Source of the DNA: a virus
Taxonomy: Duplodnaviria; Caudoviricetes
DNA length: 35,685 nt
IMG/VR virus record: IMGVR_UViG_3300048579_000427
Location: 1-35,685 of that record
Reading direction: 5' to 3' (one strand)
Part shown: positions 19,977 to 27,616 of the stretch, piece after piece
Position numbering within the stretch: position 1 is the stretch's first letter
How the letters are laid out: each line of letters starts with the position of its first letter
Program-made: the position numbers and the translations under genes
Notes under the pieces: model-generated
What the model was told of the DNA's origin: nothing
The model's database searches: none
The model's input: only the letters and a program-made list of their open reading frames with translations

Positions 19977-21001
19977 GCCGCATAGTGGCAAAATCGGAGT
20001 TATTCGATCAGGATGCCTTTGAAAAATCGTTTGCCGTATATTCGGAGCAGGTGCGCATGGGCGTTGGCGTTAAGAGCCTGAAAGATTTAAGCTACACCGA
20101 TCCGCGATTTGAACTATACAACAACCTTCAGGCCGATGCTGCCCGCTTTGCTGCTTTCCGGGAAGCGCAGAAACAACGCGAGCTCAATGATGCTAAAACA
20201 GACCTGGATAAAGCTAAAATTGAAAAGCGGTACAAAGAATACCAGCTTACCGAAAAACAGGCCATTTTTGCCAATTCAGCCGCCGCTGAGCAGTGGATCG
20301 GGTTTCAAGAGAATGCCGATATTTACCCAAATGTTACCTTTCATACTGCGGGCGACTCTGATGTTCGCCCATCGCACCGGGCACTGGAAGGCTTAACCGT
20401 TTCGCTGAACGATCCGTTCTTGAAAACACACTCAACTCCACTCGATTTTGGTTGTAGGTGCCAATGGATTCAAACTGATGAACCGGTGAACCATAAGGAT
20501 GAGCAGTATAAAGGCTATAAAAATACGCCGGTGGGCAAAGGCTTCGATTTTAATCCAGGCATCGATCAAACGCTATTTTCTGATAATGCCGGTTATTATA
20601 CCAATGCCACGAATGCCGATGCCAGGCAATTGTATGAGCAGGCTACAAAATTCACAATAAGCAAATCACGCGACTTTGGATATGACAACATTAATAAGGC
20701 CGTTAAAAACAAAATTGGTGAAATAACAATGAATTCGACTACCAGGCGCGAGTGGATCAATCAACCGCACATTGATTATGCCGCTAAAAATTCATTGATC
20801 GAAAATCTTGATTTCCTTAAAAATCTGAAGTTTTCAAAAGCACCGGCCAAAGAAAACCCAATGGTAAAACAAAACTGGATCGCTAAAATTTTGCTGATGA
20901 ATAAAGAGTCGGTTGTAATTGTTCGCGAGTACATCGACGGTAGGAAAGTGCTTTATTCAATTTCGGATAAGCCCGAAAAATTCAGGGAGTATTTAAAATA
21001 A
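19967..21001 (+). CDS. MuF (gp30/SPP1 gp7-like) minor head protein with extra C-terminal domain; true start uncertain
   Basis: TAGDSDVRPSH...PLDFGCRC MuF motifs; about 110-aa C-terminal extension ending VLYSISDK; TTG start only. Confidence 0.85.
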   Translation: MSLRRIVAKSELFDQDAFEKSFAVYSEQVRMGVGVKSLKDLSYTDPRFELYNNLQADAARFAAFREAQKQRELNDAKTDLDKAKIEKRYKEYQLTEKQAIFANSAAAEQWIGFQENADIYPNVTFHTAGDSDVRPSHRALEGLTVSLNDPFLKTHSTPLDFGCRCQWIQTDEPVNHKDEQYKGYKNTPVGKGFDFNPGIDQTLFSDNAGYYTNATNADARQLYEQATKFTISKSRDFGYDNINKAVKNKIGEITMNSTTRREWINQPHIDYAAKNSLIENLDFLKNLKFSKAPAKENPMVKQNWIAKILLMNKESVVIVREYIDGRKVLYSISDKPEKFREYLK

Positions 21002-21083
21002 AAATGGTCAGCGCCATCACTAAGGAAACAGTCCAAAGCTGAACGCCAACCATTTTCACGACAAATATAAACAAAATAATTAA

Positions 21084-21524
21084 ATGAATTCGGACTTTAT
21101 TAAAAAACTCGACCAGATACGGCAGCAATTGCCCGCTATTTTTAAACGGCTTCCAGGCATTGCCAAGGTTGAAGGATTACGGTTTATTGCAGATAATTTC
21201 GAACATGAAGGGTTCGAAGAAAAGAAAGGCAGTTATAAAGCCTGGCCAAAAAAGAAAACCAAAGGGGCAACGAAAAAAACGCTGGTGGGCGAAAAACGCG
21301 GTGCATCGTTAAAACGGTCGTGGCAGCAAGATTCGACTGCCGGGGCTGATTATACGGCTTTCCAAAGCCAATTACCCTACGCCGGTGTGCACAATGACGG
21401 ATTGAAAGCCGGGCGACCTCCTGGCTTTATGATGCCGGAAAGGAAAATGATTGGCGACAGTGAGGCCCTGTTTGGAAGGATTGAGGGGAAGATGGATAGG
21501 ATGATGGATGAAGCAATAAAGTAA
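21084..21524 (+). CDS. Virion morphogenesis protein (Mu gpG-like)
   Basis: NFEHEGF...W...PYAGVHNDG...MPERKMIGDS. Confidence 0.8.
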   Translation: MNSDFIKKLDQIRQQLPAIFKRLPGIAKVEGLRFIADNFEHEGFEEKKGSYKAWPKKKTKGATKKTLVGEKRGASLKRSWQQDSTAGADYTAFQSQLPYAGVHNDGLKAGRPPGFMMPERKMIGDSEALFGRIEGKMDRMMDEAIK

Positions 21525-21526
21525 GA

Positions 21527-21660
21527 AGCTTCCCCCCTGCCCCTCCGAAGGAGGGGTGATAAGAACGCATTGAATATGATTATTGATTAATTAAAAATAT
21601 AACCAAAGAAACTGGAATCCCTCGCCAGTCCCTCCCCTCCGGGGAGGTTAGGAGGGGCCT
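21527..21660. repeat. Inverted pair of GC-rich REP-like palindromes
   Basis: cccctccgaaggagggg (21540-21556) and cctcccctccggggaggttaggaggggc (21631-21658). Confidence 0.75.
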
Positions 21661-21662
21661 AA

Positions 21663-22115
21663 ATGTTATATCCAATTTACACGGCGCTTAAATCTCATTT
21701 AAATGAGGCCGACGAAAACAAGGTAATTAAAGGAATTGAGTGGTACAACGTGCAATACGAAGGAAGTATTGCCACAACTCCACGGCTGTTTGTTGAGTTT
21801 CCTGAACCGCTAAATTTTGGTGATTTAGGAAAAGAAGCCGATAAACGGGCGCCTGTTAAAATTCGCCTGCATGTAGTTACCCAGGCCTTAGCCGGTGCCG
21901 ATGGCGCTATTGATGACCAGGTGGCAGCCGACCACGAAAAAACTGCGCTGTGGGTAAAAAACAAGTTGGATAACTTCTTGCCCCCTTTGACAAGCTCAGG
22001 GGCCAAGCCATGTTTAACACTTCATTTTACAGCCTGGCAGCATTTCCACAAGTATAAGGGCTGGATGGTGACGTTTGTGGAGTTTACGGCAAAGAAAACA
22101 ACAGCCCCCTCCTAA
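21663..22115 (+). CDS. Putative tail terminator/neck protein (Mu gp37-like)
   Basis: IEWYNVQY...PRLFVEF...KIRLHVV; follows gpG-like gene. Confidence 0.6.
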   Translation: MLYPIYTALKSHLNEADENKVIKGIEWYNVQYEGSIATTPRLFVEFPEPLNFGDLGKEADKRAPVKIRLHVVTQALAGADGAIDDQVAADHEKTALWVKNKLDNFLPPLTSSGAKPCLTLHFTAWQHFHKYKGWMVTFVEFTAKKTTAPS

Positions 22116-22206
22116 CCTCCCCCAAGTGGGGAGGAACAAAAAAACCAGGTCGCATTGACCTGGCTTTTTTTAAGCCCTCCCTTTTGGGGAGGGTTTGGGT
22201 GGGGCT
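22103..22206. repeat. Inverted pair of REP-like palindromes bracketing a terminator
   Basis: 22103-22135 and 22172-22206. Confidence 0.75.
22138..22171. terminator. Bidirectional intrinsic terminator between convergent operons
   Basis: A7-CCAGGTC-gcatt-GACCTGG-c-T7. Confidence 0.8.
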
Positions 22207-22208
22207 TC

Positions 22209-22433
22209 TCACAAATCCTTAATCTCATCAAACATAGCTTTTGCCTGTTTGTGGTCTGGTAGCATTTCCTTCAGTAGGTTAAAAAGCGCGTGGTAGTTAT
22301 CGCTGGTGTTTAGCTCACGGTCGTTGCATTGCAGGCAATCGATAATATCGTTCATCGTTTCAACGTAATCTTCGGCAGGATGGCACCCGGTTTTAACCTC
22401 AATGGCAAACCCTTTGGCAGTTTTAGTTACCAT
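22209..22433 (-). CDS. Hypothetical protein coupled to antirepressor
   Basis: 74 aa, overlaps the upstream gene's end. Confidence 0.6.
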   Translation of the reverse strand: MVTKTAKGFAIEVKTGCHPAEDYVETMNDIIDCLQCNDRELNTSDNYHALFNLLKEMLPDHKQAKAMFDEIKDL

Positions 22434-22980
22434 GATCTATCCCTCCCATCATTAATTTGTTGGCGATACTGAGGCGTACCTCGCGGTCATCAATCCGGGC
22501 TACATCGGCCATAATGGAGAGTAAGCGGTCGGAAGTAAGGCGGTTGGCACGGGTGCGATTGGCTGGCAATTGGCGAGCCGGAACATCGAACAGGGTTTGC
22601 TGCCGGTGCTGTTCTACTTTTTCGATAACCAACTCCTCGGCCCAGTCGCGGAATAATTTGGCCCGTTCCGATTTAATAAAGAAACCAAGACGAACAATAC
22701 CGCGCTTTGTTAGCAGAAATGAATTGGGTTGGATGATACCTCGCGTTGCATGTGTGGACAAAATGTCCACACCCTTAACAACGTGTTTACCTTCAACTAA
22801 TTCGGCACTATTCCGGTGTAGCGCCTTAAAAATTGCATACTTGGTAGTTCCGTAGCCATTAGCTACCTCGCTTACCGTCATCATATACTCATGATGTGCA
22901 TTTGGTAGCACATTAACGGTGACTCCTTCTGTTACCGTCATCGGCAATAAATTGCCTACTTCATTCTTTAGGGTCTGCAT
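22423..22980 (-). CDS. Antirepressor-like DNA-binding protein (BRO/ORF6N-like N-terminus); start re-assigned to ATG 22980
   Basis: MTVSEVANGYG...ELVEGKH...LLTKRGIVRLGFFIKSERAKLFRDWAEELV. Confidence 0.7.
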   Translation of the reverse strand: MQTLKNEVGNLLPMTVTEGVTVNVLPNAHHEYMMTVSEVANGYGTTKYAIFKALHRNSAELVEGKHVVKGVDILSTHATRGIIQPNSFLLTKRGIVRLGFFIKSERAKLFRDWAEELVIEKVEQHRQQTLFDVPARQLPANRTRANRLTSDRLLSIMADVARIDDREVRLSIANKLMMGGIDHGN

Positions 22981-23149
22981 TTTTAAAGAATTTATGATTA
23001 AACAAAAAAGGGCCCGCATGCTGCAGACCCCTAACATATCTCATAGAGATACGAAGAAAATGCCGTTCCAAGCGGCTCATGCGGGCTTTATCTTAAATTT
23101 TCTTTGCTGATTTTAGCCCTATGTAGATATATTAGAAAGTCTGCAAGGG

Positions 23150-23157
23150 CAAATATA
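23150..23157 (-). promoter_or_regulatory. Bacteroidota -7 promoter box TATATTTG upstream of the antirepressor leader
   Basis: Matches TAnnTTTG; followed by a structured ~170-nt leader. Confidence 0.6.
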
Positions 23158-23161
23158 TAAA

Positions 23162-23323
23162 TTAATTAGATTCGTCGTATTCCCCCGCCAATTTTTTCAG
23201 CAGTCGTATAATTTCATCGTTTTGGGCGATCTTTTTATTGATTTTGAAGTACCAGGCAACAAGTTCACGCCCAATTAAAAAAACAGCAATAATGGTAAGT
23301 AAAATAAGCGTAGTTGCATCCAT
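23162..23323 (-). CDS. Small single-TM protein (53 aa; not in ORF track)
   Basis: MDATTLILLTIIAVFLIGRELVAWYFKINKKIAQNDEIIRLLKKLAGEYDESN; preceded by shared upstream motif. Confidence 0.7.
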   Translation of the reverse strand: MDATTLILLTIIAVFLIGRELVAWYFKINKKIAQNDEIIRLLKKLAGEYDESN

Positions 23324-23351
23324 GATTTATGATTTTAAATTGTGACTGAAA

Positions 23352-23612
23352 TTAAAATATCTCAATTGATTCACTATCAATATCTTCACTTTTTATTATT
23401 CGTAAACCGCGAAATTGATATGACTGAAAACTTTCAATGTTAGTTCCAATTTCATTTTCAACTTTACGTTTAAGTAAATTAAACGTATTCGGATTAATCA
23501 ATAGAACTTCTGGTTTTATAGCATTAAATCTACAATGATTAAATGCAAGATGTATTGCTATATCAAATTCAACAAACTCTAAATTTCCTTTAACAAAAAT
23601 ACGATGTTTCAT
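23352..23612 (-). CDS. Hypothetical protein resembling an isolated HK97 capsid A-domain
   Basis: PEVLLINPNTFNLL...FRGLRIIKSEDI pattern. Confidence 0.5.
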   Translation of the reverse strand: MKHRIFVKGNLEFVEFDIAIHLAFNHCRFNAIKPEVLLINPNTFNLLKRKVENEIGTNIESFQSYQFRGLRIIKSEDIDSESIEIF

Positions 23613-23637
23613 TTGTTTGATTTTAAATTGTGACTAT

Positions 23638-23883
23638 TTAACCAAATAAAGTTAGCTGTTTCTTTTGATTTTCTTCAAGCCGTTCAAGTTCTTTTTTAAC
23701 CGGGATGAGCAGGTAGGCATAAAAAGTTGATCGCGAAATCTTAATCTGAGGGAAAATGATGTTTGCATAAATCCACTCGTCGGTACATCCACCATTGCCA
23801 CCTATATTGTTCTTGCTGTGCTCAGCCCATTGTTCCTGAACCCATTGCGCCCGAAGTAACTTATTTCTTGTATTGTATGCCAC
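23638..23883 (-). CDS. Small HTH protein, candidate middle/late transcription activator
   Basis: IYANIIFPQIKISRSTFYAYL helix-turn-helix-like motif; end of early operon. Confidence 0.55.
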   Translation of the reverse strand: MAYNTRNKLLRAQWVQEQWAEHSKNNIGGNGGCTDEWIYANIIFPQIKISRSTFYAYLLIPVKKELERLEENQKKQLTLFG

Positions 23884-23919
23884 GGGTTCAAAGATAAATT
23901 GTTAATTGTTAATTGTCAA

Positions 23920-24507
23920 TTATAAATTGTTGCGGGTTACGGGTTTCGAGTTGCGCGACTCCAGCTTATCAAGCAGCCGGGTGGCATATTTTACCGTATA
24001 ATTACCGCCTTTGTCGTTTATAGCTTCATTTTGGCTCAATTCAGCCGCTGTTTTGCAACGCTCTTCAAAATAGGTAGCAAACCAGGTCATTACCTTCGGC
24101 ACATCGAGCGATTCGTAAAACGAGCCGTAATCGCCGTTAATGGCCGCATTGAACACAAAATTGATGTCGGCAACTGTCAATACTGCATACTTCGAAACCA
24201 CACGCTCGGCAATTGCATCTATTTTGGTTGCGTTCAGTGGCCGGGCAATATTCACAAGTTCCGTTAATTGCACCAAATAAGCTTTTATCAATGCTTCCAC
24301 TTTTTCGGGGCCATTGGCCGCTTTGAGTTTTCCCAGCGTAGGGTAATCGCCGGCCACCTTCAGCACATCAGTAACCGAACGCACAGCCTTTAGCTCTTTG
24401 TTCAGCACACTAGGTAAGCAAGTCGCGAGCGATCTGGGCGCGATAGTCGGCACTGATGCCGCTTGCTGCGTTGCCGGAGTTGCGTTTGATTGAGGTAGTG
24501 ATTTCAT
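23920..24507 (-). CDS. Conserved phage protein (DUF6633-like)
   Basis: LTVADINFVFNAAINGDYGSFYESLD...WFATYFEER. Confidence 0.55.
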   Translation of the reverse strand: MKSLPQSNATPATQQAASVPTIAPRSLATCLPSVLNKELKAVRSVTDVLKVAGDYPTLGKLKAANGPEKVEALIKAYLVQLTELVNIARPLNATKIDAIAERVVSKYAVLTVADINFVFNAAINGDYGSFYESLDVPKVMTWFATYFEERCKTAAELSQNEAINDKGGNYTVKYATRLLDKLESRNSKPVTRNNL

Positions 24508-24862
24508 TGAATTTTTTATTGATTACCGTAAGTGAGAATGCGTTGTTTTTATACCAGTCGGGCAATTTGCTGATGAGCGCCTCAAAAGTTTTTACCGTTT
24601 GCTCGTCGTTAAGATACGTCAGCGCTTGCAGCTTTTTAATTATATCGGCCAATGCAATGCCGTCTTTTGCTCCAAAGGCATACGAAAGGCCTGAATAATC
24701 GGTAAATTCACGATTAAATATGTGCTTACATTGATTAAAAACTGTTTGACGTTCAGATTTATTTTCGTGGTATTCAACGCCCAGCGCTTCGGCCAAAGCT
24801 TCGCGCAATTGTTGTTTTGTTGCAGCGGGGTTGCGTAGTGTTTTAAGTAAAAGTTCGCTCAT
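24410..24862 (-). CDS. Hypothetical protein
   Basis: 150 aa ATG ORF, co-oriented in operon. Confidence 0.65.
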   Translation of the reverse strand: MSELLLKTLRNPAATKQQLREALAEALGVEYHENKSERQTVFNQCKHIFNREFTDYSGLSYAFGAKDGIALADIIKKLQALTYLNDEQTVKTFEALISKLPDWYKNNAFSLTVINKKFNEITTSIKRNSGNAASGISADYRAQIARDLLT

Positions 24863-25086
24863 AATATTTCTTTATAATATTCAATGACTTGTTCGCATCC
24901 AGCTTGCAAAACGTACCATTTATTTCTATCAAAGCAATAAAATGCGACTCCTTTTGACTCTTCACCACCCATTGTAATAGTTTTTACAAAAAACCAATCA
25001 CTAATATTTTTTGATATGTGAAATTCATCCTTACTTTTTGGAGGAATTTCATTATATTTTTTTATTTCAAAAATTTTAGTCTCCAT
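24859..25086 (-). CDS. Hypothetical protein (start probably ATG 25086)
   Basis: METKIFEIKK...; AT-rich; abuts neighbours. Confidence 0.55.
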   Translation of the reverse strand: METKIFEIKKYNEIPPKSKDEFHISKNISDWFFVKTITMGGEESKGVAFYCFDRNKWYVLQAGCEQVIEYYKEIL

Positions 25087-25087
25087 G

Positions 25088-25552
25088 TTAATTATCTGAA
25101 AGTTGACTGAATCCATTTGCTTTATTCCAGGCTTTTGTGCCTGCATTTTCGGCTGATTTAGTAAAGTTTGCCTCCAGTCCGCGAAATTGTTTGATCAACT
25201 GGTCAAGTTCGTCAATGGTGTATTTATTAAGCCGTTTTTTAAGGATGCTTCGAGCTTCCATAAAGGCATTGAACTTATCGAAGTTAGTGCCTTCATGAAT
25301 GCCCACGCGTTGAGCGATTGCCAGAACTATTGCCCGTTTTTCCTTTAATGCAAGCTGTAATGCTAGCTCCCCTGATGCTTTTTCAATCTTGTTTAATTCA
25401 TTAACAAGCTGAGTAAGTTCAAGATCGTATAATTCACGGGTACTTTTTGTTCGTCCATCAGTAAATGAATAAATAAGCTCATGCCTTGAATCAGCATCGA
25501 AGCCTTTCTTATTCAGTATTGCCATTAACTGGCGGTGTTTTGATTCGTTCAT
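25088..25552 (-). CDS. GemA/DUF1018-like regulatory protein
   Basis: RHELIYSFTDGRTKSTREL...L..L and second repeat LNKYTIDELDQLIKQFR. Confidence 0.6.
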   Translation of the reverse strand: MNESKHRQLMAILNKKGFDADSRHELIYSFTDGRTKSTRELYDLELTQLVNELNKIEKASGELALQLALKEKRAIVLAIAQRVGIHEGTNFDKFNAFMEARSILKKRLNKYTIDELDQLIKQFRGLEANFTKSAENAGTKAWNKANGFSQLSDN

Positions 25553-25579
25553 CGCTGCTTGTATTCAATTTATTGCATG

Positions 25580-26122
25580 TCAATATTTTTTAATAGGTTC
25601 GTTAAATTGATCAATAGTAATTGATCCGGCATTAAGTTGCATAAGTAAATTTCGTCCCATTTCAACTCCTTCATTAAATATTTCGTTCTTTTCATCTGCA
25701 ATAGCTTGTATTGCCAGTTCTTTTACTCTTTGTTCACGATTTTTAATGTCATCTAGTGTGTTTTCCAAATTGTTCAAGATATTTTTAATTGAATCATATA
25801 ATGATGCTGGAATTGTATATGATTGCCCATTACTTCCCATAGAATATTTTAAACATTCCTTTTGATTTATCAATACTGCAAATTGATTGTTATAGGCATC
25901 AAGTAAATCATAACTCAATTGCCTTACAGTTTCATTTTTAAATCCGTAGAAATGCTGAAAAAATCTAACATATTTACGTTCTGTTTCAACATTGACTTGT
26001 TTCCCTCGCTTTAAAATTTCTGCGCATGATGGACACAGTTTTGTGCGAATACTCCTATGTTGTTCAAGTCCTGTTTTGCCGCAACCTTGGCAAGGTTCTT
26101 TTCCTTCGTACATAGTTTTCAA
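25580..26122 (-). CDS. Hypothetical protein with N-terminal CxxC...CxxC zinc ribbon
   Basis: CQGC...CPSC, coiled-coil C-terminus. Confidence 0.65.
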   Translation of the reverse strand: MKTMYEGKEPCQGCGKTGLEQHRSIRTKLCPSCAEILKRGKQVNVETERKYVRFFQHFYGFKNETVRQLSYDLLDAYNNQFAVLINQKECLKYSMGSNGQSYTIPASLYDSIKNILNNLENTLDDIKNREQRVKELAIQAIADEKNEIFNEGVEMGRNLLMQLNAGSITIDQFNEPIKKY

Positions 26123-26124
26123 TT

Positions 26125-26436
26125 TTAAGTGAATAAGTATCTATCGTTTTCTTCAATAATTGTCGTTTTGAAAGGGAATCCATTTTCAGGAACCTTTTGA
26201 ATGACTTCGATCAGTCCGGTTGACGAGGTAAAAACCACGTGTTTGCGGTTGTCAAACGATATTTGCAGGTGCAGGCATTTACCGGTGCCTTTCTCCTGAA
26301 ATGATTTTACTTTTGAGTCTTCCAACTTGAAATGATGTACAACGATTTCACGGTTTAGAATTCGCGACATCTTGATTTTATCACCTTCAAAAGCCTGGCT
26401 CTCGATTTTAATGTTGAATTGACTAAATGAATTCAT
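26125..26436 (-). CDS. RT-coupled hypothetical protein, candidate DGR accessory factor
   Basis: 103 aa, ATGA overlap with RT stop; beta-strand-rich pattern, unlike helical Avd. Confidence 0.7.
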   Translation of the reverse strand: MNSFSQFNIKIESQAFEGDKIKMSRILNREIVVHHFKLEDSKVKSFQEKGTGKCLHLQISFDNRKHVVFTSSTGLIEVIQKVPENGFPFKTTIIEENDRYLFT

Positions 26437-27383
26437 GCAAGTAATTTTTTCATAAGGTTTTTGCTGTTACAATGCGAAGCCCAGCCGTTGTATGAAGCAA
26501 TTGATTGGGGATTGCGCCGCCGCTTTAACATGCGGGCAAAGCGCTGTTTTATGCTTTTGCGTAAGAGCACGTGCGTGTGTCTGAAGATATATCCAACAAA
26601 GTCGATCCCGCGCGATTCGACCGGAAAAATTTGATAATTCTGTTTAACGGTGAGCTTCAGGTTATCGTGCAGGTATGTTCTGATATCAGACAGCAGTTGA
26701 TGTAAATAGGTCTTATCAGAGGCAAGTATAACCAGGTCATCGGCATATCGGAAATAATACCTTAGTTTTCGGTCTTCCTTGATCCAATGATCAAAGTATG
26801 CCAGGTAGAAATTTGCAAAGTATTGACTCAGATAGTTGCCAATGGGTAAACCTTCGGTACTGTCAATAATCTCATCGAGCAACCAAAGCAAATCATTGTC
26901 TTTAAATTTTCTTCTGAGCAAACCTTTTAAAACATCATGGTCAACAGATGGATAAAACTTTTTAACATCGAGCTTCAGGCAGTATTGCGTATTTTCAACG
27001 TCGTTTAAAGCCCGTTTAACTGCTTTTGCAGCGGCATGTATGCCACGGCCTTTGATGCAACTGTACGTGTTGGCGGTGAATGTTGAGACGAATATTGGTT
27101 CCAGAATATTCATAACGGCGTGATGGGTGATGCGGTCGGGGAAGTATGGCAGTCGGAAGATCAGGCGCTCTTTAGGTTCAAACACCGTGAATGTGGTGTA
27201 TTCGGACGTGCGGTAAGTTTTGTTTTTCAGCATTGAATGCAGCTCATGTATGTTTGCCTCGCGGTTGCGGTCATGGGCGATCACTCCGGGCTGTTTTGAT
27301 TTACCTTTGCGGGCAATTTCGTCAGCAAGCTGAAGGTTTTCAATGCTGTAAATTTGTTCGTATAGGTTATTTATCCTTTTCAT
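26433..27383 (-). CDS. DGR reverse transcriptase
   Basis: 316 aa; PKER.I...PDRITHHA, LKLDVKKFYPSV, GLPIGNYLSQYFAN, YFRYADD, GIDFVGY; no maturase or endonuclease domain. Confidence 0.97.
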   Translation of the reverse strand: MKRINNLYEQIYSIENLQLADEIARKGKSKQPGVIAHDRNREANIHELHSMLKNKTYRTSEYTTFTVFEPKERLIFRLPYFPDRITHHAVMNILEPIFVSTFTANTYSCIKGRGIHAAAKAVKRALNDVENTQYCLKLDVKKFYPSVDHDVLKGLLRRKFKDNDLLWLLDEIIDSTEGLPIGNYLSQYFANFYLAYFDHWIKEDRKLRYYFRYADDLVILASDKTYLHQLLSDIRTYLHDNLKLTVKQNYQIFPVESRGIDFVGYIFRHTHVLLRKSIKQRFARMLKRRRNPQSIASYNGWASHCNSKNLMKKLLA

Positions 27384-27500
27384 TTTCCTGATCTGTTTTG
27401 TGCCTTTGCTTTTTAATGAGTCGCTTTCCCCGTAAGTACCAACGCCCCGTTAAACACTCGTTATTTTTTGCCGTGTTGGCAAGGTTTACACTGCAGAATA

Positions 27501-27581
27501 GCATAGGTGAGAGCTGACATTCGTATTCGTGTTATCGTAGTTGTAATTCGAATTCGAAAAACTGAAACCGGAAGACAGAAC
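27501..27581 (-). repeat. DGR template repeat (TR), 81 nt, 21 adenines
   Basis: GTTCTGTCTTCCGGTTTCAGTTTTTCGAATTCGAATTACAACTACGATAACACGAATACGAATGTCAGCTCTCACCTATGC; AAY-rich, intergenic, upstream of RT. Confidence 0.96.
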
Positions 27582-27616
27582 TAGCAGCATCGCAGTGTAC
27601 AACCCTTTTTATCTTA

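Noticed and set aside
26433-27383. RT as group II intron, retron or Abi RT
   Set aside because: Short, with no maturase or endonuclease domain; adjacent TR/VR with adenine-only mismatches identifies a DGR.
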